Source: Octopus sinensis
Lineage: Eukaryota
Direction: 5' to 3'
Length of the DNA: 64,000 nucleotides
NCBI RefSeq assembly: GCF_006345805.1
Contig: NC_043001.1
Coordinates: forward strand, 64,976,001-65,040,000
Made by a program: the position numbers and the translations under genes. Below the pieces are notes generated by a model. It saw only the letters and a list, made by a program, of their open reading frames with translations, made no database searches and had not been told where the DNA came from. Below, piece after piece: positions 33,228-46,431 of this stretch. How positions within the stretch are numbered: position 1 is the first letter of the stretch; every line of letters starts with the position of its first letter.

Positions 33228-34730
33228 TCTCTTATTATAAAAGGCAGATTTTATCTGCCTCCCAAACCGTTTGTTTATTATACAAATCTACAATATAGAA
33301 TTTCTTCAATTAGAATTTACCTATCATTTTTACGAGTAGAATACATCGGGTCGTGGGAGGTACAGTTTTTCCAATTTCAACCCCAATTAAGCAAAAATTC
33401 GAGAAAACTCTATATTTTTAGATTTTCCTCTTTCATTTTAACTGCTTCACTCATACCATTACCACCACATTTTCTGCTACTTTCTCTTTGCAAGTGTACA
33501 CACACATAAACACGCAAACATATACGATATCCTTTCTCATTTCAAATGCTTTCCTCCGTTTTTTTTCGGGAAGTTCTTTTGAAGTTGGTGTGCATCAAAA
33601 GCATTGATGTACATGTGTGTGTGTTTGATGGGGTGTGCGACACAGAAAGTGTGGTGTGTAAGTGAAGTGCTTTTGTTAGTGTGTGTAAAGAGACAGAGAG
33701 AGTAATGTTGTGCTGTGTGTGTATGTGTGAAAGACAGAGATAACTGAACTTTTTTTATTCACTTTTTGTAGTGAATGACTGAGAGAGAAAAGAGAGAGAG
33801 AGGTTATGTATGTATATATGTATGTATGGCTTCAGTGACACACACACAAAAACACATACCTACGTACATCTAAAGCACGCACACACAAGTGGAGCGCGAA
33901 CTTCAAAAGAACTTTGCGCGCTATCTATCTGGTTTGCCATTCCTCACACACACGCATATACATACATATATGACAGTGACAAACACAAACGTTTCAAACA
34001 ACTACATACAAACACTCAAACACACACACACACACGTGTGTGTTTGTTATTAGTAAAAAAGGCGCCAAACACAACTCACTTCTCATTCGAACACATTTGC
34101 AAAAACACACCGACGGTCGAATTGCCATAACAATACAGAAAAGGTAAATTGGTTTTTAATTTACTTTCTGTCGTAAAATTTTGGTAGTATTAATTGGCGA
34201 GCGTACTTCTGTTGTCAATTGTTGACAGAAAGAAATTGTAAGCTAATAAGGTGTGTGTGTGTGTGTAGGAAGTGAAGGATAAAAATATTGCAAGAAGTGG
34301 ACAGATGTACATATATACATCCATACATACATGTGTGTGTGTGTCTATGTATGTGTATTAATGTGTGTGTGTTATCTCTATATAAAGCTGAAGTTGTCTG
34401 TGTGCGCCACGTTTGGTAACCTTCAACTAATACTATCTCCTCCGAGACCCTACGGCGCAAGTTGACCAAAATTGAGAGTATGATAGAAGAAGGGTTGCTC
34501 TTCCTTCCGTAGAACATAAAATTCAAATCAGACCATGTTAACACCAAAAATTATTTACATCAAAAAGCTGCTTTTTTCTATGAAAATCCCTATTTTTTAC
34601 GATTTTTTCACTGCTGTGTCGCCACTTTTCGGTGTATTTCGACCAGAAAAATGTTCACAAAATTTTTACTTTTCAAAATTACAATTCCAGCGGGTCGAAA
34701 CAAACCCGAGCAACGCCGGGCGATACTGCT

Positions 34731-34732
<2 letters not shown>
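33228..34732 (+). mobile_element. Composite Helitron, copy 2
   Basis: Same 5' end as 20272; 33597-34732 is colinear with 20838-21896, including the family B junction; CTAG|T end. Confidence 0.7.
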
Positions 34733-34765
<33 letters not shown>

Positions 34766-34780
34766 ATGTATATATGTATT

Positions 34781-35575
34781 ATCATCATCATCATTGTTTA
34801 ATGTCTGTTTCCTATGCTGGCATGGGTTGGATGGTTCAACTGGGGTCTGGGAAGCTAGGGGCTGCACTAGGCCCCAATCTGATATGGCAGTGTTTCTACA
34901 GCTGGATGCCCTTCCTAACGCCAACCACTCCAAGAGTGCAGTGGCTCAATGTTTGAAGGTCATGCTTCACCACTTCATCCCATGTCTTCCTGAGTCTCCC
35001 TCTACCCCTGATTCCTTTCACTGTTGGGGAGTGGCACTTCACACAGCTCTCCTTGTCCATCCACAGTACAAGACCACATCCGATGCTTCTTATGTCTACC
35101 ATTTCTCTTAGAGCGCTTACACTGTTGTATGTGCACACTGATACTACACATCCAGAGGATCATGCTAGCTTCATTTCTTTCAAGCCTGTGCATGTCTTCA
35201 GCAGTCACGGCCCATCTTTCACTGCTGAAAAGTATGGCAATTCGCACACATGCATCATACAATCTACCTTTCACTCTGAGCGGGAGGCCCTTTGTCACCA
35301 GTAGGGGTAGAAGCTTTCTGAACTTTGCCAAGGCTATTCTTATTCTAGTGGAAACACTCTTTGAGCATCCATCCCCACTACAGAAATTGGTCACCTAGGT
35401 AGTGGAAGCTATCAACTACTTCTAGTCTCTCCCCCTGGCATGTGATGGAATCTGTTTTCTGAGCACTTGCGGTGTTTATTCCCCCTGTGCATCTAGTTCA
35501 CACAAAAGCTATCTTCCCAGTTAATCTTCCTTTGATGTTGTTGCACCTCTTATGTGTCCATAGCTTACACTGGGT
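34781..35575 (-). pseudogene. Truncated RTE fragment with 3' tail and a deletion in the 3' UTR
   Basis: ORF 35002-35394 RIRIALAKFRKLLPLLVTKGLPLRVKGRLYDACVR matches the RTE ORF; (ATC)n at 34781. Confidence 0.85.
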
Positions 35576-35998
35576 ATATATACGTGTACATATACACACA
35601 CACACATGTACATATACACATGTACATATACACATGTACATATACATATGTACATATACATGTACATATACACATGTACATACACATGTACATATACACA
35701 TGTACATATACACATGTACATTTATATATACACACACATGCAAGTGTTTATTTACATATATACACACACACATATGCACATATATATCTATACACATACA
35801 TATACACGTGTACATATGTATACACACACATACACATGCGTACATATATATACACACACACATATACACATGTGGACATATATATATACACACACATGTA
35901 TATACATGTGTACAGATATATATACACACACACACACACATACACATGAACACACATATTCACACACACATATACACGTGTACACATACACATGTATA

Positions 35999-36030
<32 letters not shown>
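35575..36030. repeat. Compound microsatellite with (tacacatgtacata)n units and (CA)n
   Basis: Direct reading; explains the His/Thr/Tyr and Val/Cys ORFs here. Confidence 0.95.
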
Positions 36031-36800
36031 TAGGGTCATCCCATAAATAATGCAGTTATTTTCATACTTCTTTTATTTTTCCAAATTAAGATTAAGTTCT
36101 TTTTAAACTAAAATATACTCTCCCTCAATTTCTACAATGCTTTTCCATCTACGTGGTAGACTTGCAAGGCTCATTTTTCAAAATTAACTTGTCCATGATG
36201 AAAAATACTCTTCCAGTACTGTTCTGACCTTATCTACAGAATTCATGATTTTTCCGTCCAAATGATTTTGAAGATTGCAGAATAAATGATAACCAGATGG
36301 GGCATTGTCTTGCGAATATGGTGAATGAGGCATCATTTCCCATTCAAACTGTTTGAGTCTTTGGAATGTCATCTTTGTTGCATGTGACCAAATATTATCC
36401 TGATGGAAGAACACCTTTTGTCTTAAACCAAATATGGTCATTTTACTTCTAGTGCTGACTTAAGCCACTCAAGCTTCTAGCAGTAGAACTCTTCTGTTAT
36501 TGCTTGGTTTGGGTTTAAAAGTTCAAAGTGGACTAAACCTTTCATATCCCACCAAACAGATAACAACAATTTACAGGGGTGAAGACCTTCTTTAGCCTGG
36601 GGTGCCACTCTTTCTTCTTTCCCTACCCACTGACTTCAGCACTTGACATATTTATAGAGAACTCATTTCTTGTCATCAGTCACTATTTGGTCCAAAAACA
36701 GGTTCATTCATGAGATGTGACAGCAAAGAAGAGCACACATTCACTCATTGCGCACAATTAGACTCAGAAAGTTTGTGAGGAAACCATTGACCCAAATTGA
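36031..36800 (-). pseudogene. Decayed mariner transposase, same family as 62351-63265
   Basis: TIR gggtcatcccataaataatg; WFPHKLS..IVTDDKK, LLLSVWWDMKG, FHQDN..HSPYSQD.APSGYHLF. Confidence 0.85.
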
Positions 36801-36802
36801 CT

Positions 36803-37425
36803 TTTAAGTTTTAAAGTTGTAGCCCACTTCAGCTGTTTATAGCAGTACTTGGAAGGAAGGTGTGTAGTGTGTGATTGTCACATTGACCATGAGAAAGTTG
36901 TCATGGTGATACCTACTCAGATGCCTACACAAAGTTGCAGAAAGTGTATGAGCTGCACACAAATATATGAGTGGTTCAGACATTTCTGAAAAAATGTAAA
37001 TATTGATGAATCTTTTGGGAGACTTGCAATCAGCAGAACTGAGAAAAACATTGCAGATGTGTTTGCAGCTGTGAGGGGAAATCATCAAATCACCATCCGT
37101 GAGTTATCAGAGGATGTGTAGATTAGTTACAGTTCAATTCAGTCCATTATCACTGAAGATTTGGGTATGAGATGCGTGTCTCCCAAGTTTGTGCCAAAAC
37201 TGCTTTCAGTTGCACAAGATCTCCGTGATTGCGTTGGGAATGCTGAAAACCTTTTGAAAACTCTGCATAGGCCTCTGAGCAGGTATCGCCAAGGTTTTGG
37301 CAAAATTAATGCTGATTCTCTGCTCAGCTTTATCTGTCATGGTCAATGCGATGAGCACAAGCTATGCACATTCCTTCCAAGCACTACTGTAAACAACAGA
37401 AATGAGCTAGAACGTTAAAACTTAG
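36803..37425 (+). mobile_element. Old mariner derivative: N-terminal transposase fragment between diverged ~100-bp inverted arms
   Basis: QIYEWFRHF..GR..ITIRELSED..IITEDLGMRCVSPKFVPKLLS; 36803-36900 is the diverged reverse complement of ~37330-37425. Confidence 0.65.
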
Positions 37426-37519
37426 TGCACATGCACAGCAGAGTCCAAGGTCAATCTGTGACAAGTGGCTTCACTCTGCATGCTGTAACTTTGTTACTAT
37501 GGTAACAGTCCAGACACTT

Positions 37520-37935
37520 ATTGATCAGACCACCACGCTTGGATGGTGTTCATGCCTGTGCCAAGAACATCTGAGCATGATCGTTGTGATCATTGCCAGA
37601 GCAGCCAACTGGCTTCCGTACCCGTGGCACGTAAAAGGGCACCATTTCAAGCGTGATCGTTACCAACGTCGCTTCACTGGTACCTGTGTTGGTGGCACGT
37701 GTAAAAGATTCGAGCGAGGTACTACCTGACTGGCTCCCATGCAGGTGGCATGTAAAAAGCACCCACTACAGTCTTGGAGTGGTTGGCGTTAAGAAGGGCA
37801 TCCAGCTGTAGAAACTCTGCCAGATCAAGACTGGAGCCTGGTGCAGCCATCTGGTTGCCAGCCCTCAGTCAAAACCGTCCAACCCATGCTAGCATGGAAA
37901 ACGGACGTTAAACGATGATGATGATGATGATGATA
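37520..37935 (+). mobile_element. RTE 3' UTR-only copy with (GAT)n tail
   Basis: ggcacgtaaaagggcacc, ggttggcgttaagaagggcatccagc, gttaaacgatgatgatg. Confidence 0.85.
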
Positions 37936-38562
37936 TGTATATATAAAAAAGAACACAAAAAATGGGACAAGAACACAAAACATCCAGACAGATGATACAA
38001 AAAAGAGACAAGAAAAAACAAGGATGAGACATTCGGAGTTTTCTTTCCTCAGTCAAGTTCTAGATTATCTTTGCAATTTTGGCTGGTTATACTCAAGATT
38101 GCTCCAATATGGCCAGCCCCAAGGAAAAACTAAGCTAAGAGCACTAGTTTCCTTGGAAGAAAGCAGCGAATGTATACGAAAACAAGGATGGAAAAAAAAA
38201 ACCGAGGAAATGGTATACAAATGCAAATAACAGGACATTAACAACAGGTGTCTTTCAACTAAGGACAAATTAAATTAAGCTGGTGTGTGTGGAAGTGAAG
38301 CCTTATGGCAGGAACATAAGAGATGACAGGCATGGGGAGGAATATAGATGTTGCATGGATGGTAGTTGAACCAAGAAACAAAGGTCAGGCTTGGTTGAAC
38401 ACTGGTCACATGGAGAGAGAGATAATGGCAGAGAGATAGAAGAATTAGGGAGGGACGAGAAAAAAAGAAAAGGGACAGAGTGAAGTGAAAGAGGAGGGAA
38501 GGTGAGAATGAAGAGAAAGCCAGGCAGGAAATGTGAGATAGGGGAATGAAAGAAAGAAGAGT

Positions 38563-38662
38563 NNNNNNNNNNNNNNNNNNNNNNNNNNNNNNNNNNNNNN
38601 NNNNNNNNNNNNNNNNNNNNNNNNNNNNNNNNNNNNNNNNNNNNNNNNNNNNNNNNNNNNNN
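38563..38662. other. Assembly gap (100 N)
   Basis: Direct reading; it abuts an RTE copy. Confidence 1.
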
Positions 38663-40407
38663 AGCTTTCGACAGGGTCCCCCAATCCCTTATCTGGTGGT
38701 CAATGAGGAAACTAGGGATAGATGAATGGTTAGTGAGGGCTGTGCAAGCTATGTACAGGGACGCTGCTAGTAAGGTGAGGGTTGGCTACGAGTACAGTGA
38801 AGAATTCCCGGTAGAAGTAGGGGTCCACCAAGGTTCATCCCTCAGCCCCCTCCTATTTGTCGTAGTCCTCCAGGCAATAATGGAGGAATTCAAGACAGGA
38901 TGCCCTTGGGAGCTCCTCTATGCTGATGACCTTGCTCTAATTGCTGAGTCACTATCAGAACTGGAGGAGAAGTTTTAGGTGTGGAAGCAAGGATTAGAAT
39001 CGAAGGGCCTCAGAGTCAACCTAGCTAAAACCAAAGTCCTAATAAGAAGGAAGGTAGACAAGTCACAAACGCCTTCAGGTAGATGGCCTTGCTCGATCTG
39101 TAGGAAAGGTGTAGGTAGAAACTCTATAAGATGCACCAAGTGTAAGCTATGGACACATAAGAGGTGCAGCAACGTCAAGTGAAGGCTTACTAGGAAGATA
39201 GTTTTTGTACGTGGCAGATTCTCAGGAGCAATAAACACTGAAAATGCGCAGAGAGCAACTTCCGCCACATTCTAGGGAGATAAACTAGAAATAGTTGATA
39301 GCTTCCGTTACCTAGGTGACCAAGTCAGTAGCGGGGATGGGTGTGTTGAAAGTGTAACTGCCAGAGTAAGAATAGCTTGGGCAAAGTTCAGAGAGCTCTT
39401 ACCTCTGCTAGGGACAAAAGGCCTCCCGCTCAGAGTAAAAGGTAGACTGTTTGATGCTTGTGTACGCACAGCCATGCTACATGGCAGTGAAACATGGTCC
39501 GTAATTGCTGAGGATATGCGTAAGCTCGCAAGAAATGAAGCCATTATGCTCCGATGGATGTGTAATGTCAGTGTTCATACTCGACAGAGTGTAAGTACCT
39601 CGAGAGAGAAGTTGGACCAAAGAAGCATCAGTTGTGGTGTGCAAGAGAGACGTTTGCACTGGTATGGTCATGTGGCGAGAATGGATGAAGATAGTTGTGT
39701 GAAAAAGTGCGACACCCTAGCTGTTGAGGGAACCTGTGGAAGAAACGGACCCAGGAAAACCTGGGATGAGGTGGTGAAGCACGACCTTCGAAATTTAGGT
39801 CTCACCGAGGAAATGACTAGAGACCGAAACCTTTGGAAGTATGCTGTGCGTGAGAAGACCCAGCAGGACAAGTGAGACCATCATCCATGGCCTCAGTCCA
39901 CTTATGCATACCTTTCCTTCTTGGGACACAAAACCCTACTTGTGAAGACCTGTTGAGGCAAGTGAAAATCAAAAAATCAAAAATCAAAATCGATCAACAT
40001 GAATGGAAATTGTAGCTGTGATACCAGTGCTGGTGGCACATAAGAGAACCATCCGAACGTGGCCGTTGCCAGACTGGCTTCCGTGCCGGTGGCATGTAAA
40101 AAGCACTATCTGATCGTGGCCGTTTGCCAGCCTCGCCTGGCCTCCGTACCGGTGGCACGTAAAAAGCACCATCCGACCGTGGCCGTCTGCCAGCCTCGTC
40201 TGGCACCTGTGCTGGTGGCACGAAAAAAGCACCCACTACACTCATGGAGTAGTTGGCGTTAGGAAGGGCATCCAGCCGTAGAAACATTGCCAGATCAGAC
40301 TGGGCCTGGTGCAGCCTTCTGGCTTCCCAGACCCCAGTTGCACCGTCCAACTCATGCCAGCATGGAAAGCGGACGTTAACGATGATGATGATGATGATGA
40401 TGATGAT
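38663..40407 (+). mobile_element. RTE LINE 3' portion (RT to tail), disrupted; 5' part lost in the gap
   Basis: ORFs 38703-38978, 38979-39182 and 39474-39875 match the intact RTE ORF, with a Q-to-stop at 38976 and a frameshift near 39180; three VNTR units in the 3' UTR; (GAT)n tail. Confidence 0.92.
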
Positions 40408-40481
40408 ATATATATATTTATATTATATATATACATGTAAATATATATGTATATATATATATACATGTATAGATACACATA

Positions 40482-40534
<53 letters not shown>

Positions 40535-40829
40535 GTATGTATATAATATGTATGTATATATATGTATATTATGTATGTAATGTATGTATATATATGTTGT
40601 ATATATATGTATGTATATAATATGTATGTATGTATTTATATATGTAGTATATAATATGTATGTATGTATTTATATGTATATACATATTTATGTTATATAT
40701 ATATAATATATATATATATAATATATATATAATGGGAAGCTTTATGGAAATAAACAAAAGACGAAGGCAGGTGGAATATAAACAAACAATTGTATTAGTA
40801 TGGCGCTCAGGAATATAAATAAAACAAGT

Positions 40830-40865
40830 TTTTTACGTTTTGAGCCTACGCTCTTCAACAGAAAG
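40830..40865 (-). ncRNA. Minimal hammerhead-like motif (CUGUUGA core, G12A)
   Basis: The minus strand reads ttt-CTGTTGA-a-gagc gtag gctc-aAAA-CGT-A-aaa, the same architecture as 26301. Confidence 0.4.
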
Positions 40866-40932
40866 ATACACAGAAAAGAAACACAGAAAGAAACAAGGAG
40901 AGAAAAAAAAATGCGTGCAGAAGCTAGCGAAT

Positions 40933-41000
<68 letters not shown>

Positions 41001-41017
41001 TATATATTATATATAAT

Positions 41018-41066
<49 letters not shown>

Positions 41067-41596
41067 TAGTAATAACTGATTATTATGTATGCTTATAAAT
41101 GTAAATAGTATGTACATTTAAGTATATATATAAGAATTATTGTATATTTATATATGTATGTATGTGTAGATCTATATATATATATAAGTATTTAAATGTG
41201 TGTGTATTTTTATTTATTCTATATTTATATTTATTCGTAACTTAACCTTATGTACTTTATAAATCTCTGACAAAGCCTAGAGAAACACCCGGGTACCTCA
41301 ATTTCATCTACTTATTACTTCAGTCTACTGGAGAAATAAAGATAGAATGAGGTATTTTTGCCTCTTGGCTGAAACAGCTGTAAGTTACTTTCCCAATTTA
41401 TATTCATGTATGTTATATTGTAATAATTACTGGTATCTTTATATATTAATATATTTTATATTTCATATGTAAAGCATAATATGTTATACATTTATGTATA
41501 TTCTTGTAATTGTCAGTTTAGTAAATAAATAAGTTGACATAATATAATGTCTAAAATTTGATGAACCACTTATTGATCCCTGCCATTATCTTATTA

Positions 41597-41678
<82 letters not shown>

Positions 41679-41737
41679 TGTGTATATATATATATATATA
41701 TAAAAAAGTTGAGTTGTGGGTATCGCACGAGTGGGAT

Positions 41738-43713
41738 TATATAAGAAAAAAGGTTTGAAAATGCAATTTAAACGATGTTTATTTACTTAACCGGTTTCAC
41801 TCTTTGGTAAAAGATTGTCAAAAGTAACATTAAAAGTATCATTGAATAATATGGGTTCCAAATAGTTTTTACATAATTGTCACATTGAATATTATGCATT
41901 CAAAAAAGTTTTTTACATAATTGTCACATTGGATATTATGAATTCAAAAATGTTTTTTTTATTTGTACAAAATGTACATAAGTATAAATATAGTGTTTGC
42001 TAACAGAGAAGTTCAATAGTGTGATGAGAATATTTGGAAAAATTGGCAGAAAAGGATAAAACAAAATATTATTGGAAATTTGGTTGCGTTAATTATTGGT
42101 TGTCGCAAATTGTCACATTACATGTATATATATACAGTCTTTGGTATGTATATCCAATATTTTGACAACAAATTAAAATGGATTTTTTATACATCTCAGA
42201 ATATTTTAAGTTGAAGGCGAGAATGTGTTGTTACTAACCTGTTTATTTTAGCAGAAAGGTTGAATTGAGAGAAAAAAGGTTGTACCCAGTTGTGGGTATA
42301 CTCCCCTTCAAGCATCAATGGTTTTGGGGTTATCAGGAGGTTAGTATGCCTGCTGGTCAAGCAGCTTCTGTTTGTCACACACATATATACACACACACAC
42401 ACACACACAACAACACACACACACACAGCATACAAACACACACCACATACACACAACACACACACACACACACACACAGAACACACACACACACACAACG
42501 CACCCACATATATAATATATACACACAACACACAAATATAACATGTATTTATATATAATATACAATGTATGCATTGTATGTATGTATATTGTGTGTATAT
42601 GTGGTATATCTATGTATGTGTATGTAAACACTATTTATATGTATACATGTATATATGTATATGCATTGTCTATATATATATATATTATATGTATGTATTG
42701 CGTACGTATATTGCATGCATAAATTGTGTATGTGTATTATATACATGCTGTATTTGTATATTGTATGTGTATATATATGCTAGGTGTATTTGTGGGATAT
42801 TTATATTATGTATGGATGTGTGCGTGTGTTGTGTGTGTGTGTGTGTGTGTTGTGTGTGTATGTGTGTTATATATATATGTGTGTGTATATTATATATAAA
42901 TACATGTTATATTTGTGTGTTGTGTGTATATATTATATATGTGGGTGCGTTGTGTGTGTGTGTGTGTTCTGTGTGTGTGTGTGTGTGTGTTGTGTGTATG
43001 TGGTGTGTGTTTGTATGCTATGTGTGTGTGTGTGTGTGTTGTTGTGTGTGTGTGTGTGTGTATATATGTGTGTGACAAACAGAAGCTGCTTGACCAGCAG
43101 GCATACTAACCTCCTGATAACCCCAAAACCATTGATGCTTGAAGGGGAGTATACACCACACTGGGTACAACCTTTTTTCTCTCAATTCTGCCTTTCTGCT
43201 AAAACAAACAGGTTAGTAACAACACATTCTCGCCTTCAACTTAAAATATTCTGAGATGTATAAAAAATTCATTTTAATTTTTGCTGTCAAAATATTGGAT
43301 ATATATACCAAAGACTGTATATATATACATGTAATGTGACAATTTGCGACAACCAATAATTAACGCAACCAAATTTCCAATAATATATTTGTTTTATCCT
43401 TTTCTGCCAATTTTTCCAAATATTCTCATCACACTATTGAACTTCTCTGTTAGCAAACACTATATTTATACATGTAATGTGACAATTTTGTATAAAAAAA
43501 ATTTTTGAATTCATAATATCCAATGTGACATTATGTAAAAAACTTTTTTGAATGCATAATATTCAATGTGACAATTATGTAAAAAACTTTTTTGAACCCA
43601 TATTATTCAATGATACTTTTAATGTTACTTTGACAATCTTTTACCAAAGAGTGAAACCGGTTAAGTAAATAAACATCGTTTAAATTGCATTTTCAAACCT
43701 TTTTTCTTATATA
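41738..43713. repeat. ~2-kb inverted repeat: arms 41738-42563 and 42885-43713, microsatellite spacer
   Basis: Arms are colinear reverse complements, including unique sequence, a ~43-bp subrepeat and (CA)n/(TG)n tracts, with scattered differences. Confidence 0.95.
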
Positions 43714-43751
43714 TATAATATATATATATTATATATATATATATATGTGTG

Positions 43752-43805
<54 letters not shown>

Positions 43806-45081
43806 ATGTATATATATTATATGTATATGTATGTATATATTTGTATGTATGTATGTATATATATGTGTGTGTGTATGTGTGTATATGTGTGTGTGTATGT
43901 GTGTGTATGTATGTATGTATGTATCTATCAACATACATACACACACGCATACATACATACATACATGGAGACAGAGAATGGGGAGGAGAGACTGCATTCT
44001 TATACACAGGTGCTCAGCAATGCAAAATGTTTTAGGTATTAGTGGTTGTATTTATGCAAAAATATGCTGAACTCTTGTGACATCCTTGCACATGGGAGCT
44101 GGTAAAGATTAATTAATGACACCTCATGTACCTGACTGCTGAATTTAGTAGATTACCATGGTACAGACAGCTTTTAGGAAATCTTACTACTATGTGAGAA
44201 ATGACATAAGAAGCTCATTGTAAACAGGGCTCGGGTGCTCTACAACTTGTCAGAAAAGGTTAAAAGAGGAGACAAAAAACAGACATACAAGGCAAGCAAA
44301 GAAAGACAATGGAAGCTTTAAGTGCATGCACAGTAGACAATAAGACACAAACAATAAAGAAAAGTAAACATTAAAAGAGTCAGAAAAAGCAAAGGAATCA
44401 TATGTACACCAGGAGTAGTATTGGTGAATTTTGGGAAGCATGGAATTTTAAGAGGATCCAAATATATAGAAAAGCAATTAAAGATAATTAAAAATTCATT
44501 GGAACATTGGCGCTAAGGCTTGTCTAAATTAAATGTCTTGACCTTATTTAGTTTTAGGATTAGAGATTAGTGTTAATTTGAGTGATTAAATATCTAATTA
44601 AGCCCTGGAATTAGGGCCCTTGTTAATAACAATTGAGCAGGCCACTACAGAGCAATTACTTGAAAATAAGCAGATTTTAAATAAGGTTTTACTGTCAATC
44701 TCTACAATAACAAACCCTGAGATAATGAAGGTGTCTCTATAAATTCACTTGATTTTCTAGAAATAGCAGATCACATCGAAAGGATGCATTGGACAATATA
44801 GATGAGGTGGTAACACCTGGATGGACTTATGTTTGTATATGTCTTTCTCTACATGTTTGTGTGTGTGTGTGTATGGACTGTGGGGTATGTATGTGTGTGT
44901 TTGTGTTTTGAATCTATGTATTTCATGTGTGTGCATTTGTATATTTTTTGTATGTATATGTGTGCTGAAGTTTAGTAATTGTTATAGATTATTGCTTTGC
45001 TTTGGTCCATCAATTTAAAAACTGAAGTTTTAGGGTCACCATGCTGAGATTCAGTGACATATAATGTGAGTTTTGCTTTAG

Positions 45082-45296
45082 CCCTTTTGATGCCAACCTG
45101 CCTGAAACTGCTTCTGGCTCTGTAGTACAATTGTTTTGCTTTCAAAAGCTCTAAATTAAAATCTTCCACCAATAATAGTCACAATTTATGTTTCTAACAC
45201 TAGCTTAATGATAACCAAGTTATTTTGCTAACTTCTTTGTTATATTTCAAATTAATTGAAACACAGCATATCAAGAGAAATGTGGTAACAAATGGG
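45082..45296. mobile_element. Probable piggyBac-type MITE
   Basis: TTAG|cccttttgatgcc ... ggtaacaaatggg|TTAA; left end degenerate. Confidence 0.5.
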
Positions 45297-45347
45297 TTAA
45301 ACCTGGTGGAACCTGTACCGTTTTGAGGTTTGATTTGAGAGTGAGTA

Positions 45348-45394
<47 letters not shown>

Positions 45395-45412
45395 TAGATA
45401 GATAGATAGATA

Positions 45413-46045
45413 AGTTTCTTTATTGGCCACACAGGGCTGCACACAGATGGGACAAATTACAAGGTAGAGCTTTTATTTTGTGGGATGAAAAAAACCAAAA
45501 AAAAGCAAAAAAAACCAAAAGAAACAAAAAAAAGTGGCGTAGGTTTTCGATCAAAAGGGATCGTAAAAGGGGAAAAAGAAAACATAAAGGAAAATAAAAA
45601 TAAAAAAGGAAGAAAAAAGAGGGAAAAAGGGGGAGAGGAAAAAAAACGATCAATAGGGATCGTGTATCACAGTGTCATGATGTACGGTGTAAAGGGGGAA
45701 GAAGATAAGGTTTATCCTTGGGAAGAAAAGCCTACGAAAAAGACCACGGTAACCTCGGTCAATATTGTTATATGTTACCACATTTGTTTGCAAGTGGGTA
45801 ACCCTCTGTTTTCAATTTCTGGGTTCATAGGATTATGCTCAAGGTGGCTTCGTCATTCATACGTGCCATCCTTGCTACATTCACCCATCTTTTTTTAAAA
45901 CATTCGCTAGACAAAACTTGCCTCTCTACTCTCACTTTCCTTTTCAAGTGGTACTTGAAGAAGTTGATGAGAGATTGACCAGAGAGGAAAGTGTTTGTCT
46001 CCAATCCTTTCAGACGCGTCCACCAGATACATTCCTTTGCCATAA
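45413..46045 (-). mobile_element. 5'-truncated L1/Tx1-clade copy bounded by (GATA)n tracts
   Basis: MAKECIWWTRLKGLETNTFLSGQSLINFFKYHLKRK matches the ORF2 end of the adjacent element; 3' end ..gtgtggccaataaagaaact followed by (TATC)6. Confidence 0.85.
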
Positions 46046-46431
46046 GATAGATAGATAGATAACTTTTTATTGTAGCCACACAGGGCTAAACACAGAATAA
46101 AAATGGACGAAATACAATGTAGAATTTTTTCTTTTCGAGGTGAGATGGGTGGGGCACAAAAAAAAAAGTTTGATCAATAGGGATTTGTGGGTTGTGTGGT
46201 GTATAAAAAAGCAATATATATATATAAAGTTCACAGTTTAGGTGTAGCCTTGGAAAGAAAAACCTACAAAAAAGACCAAGGTCACCTCAGACAGTTCGAA
46301 AATGAACACATGAGTAAGTCGCCTTACTTCTCGTTCTCTTTTGGTTACAGATTTATGCTTAAAATAGTGTCGTCTTTCATACTGACCATTTTTGCCACTT
46401 TTACCCACTTTTTATTAAAACATTCGGTCGA

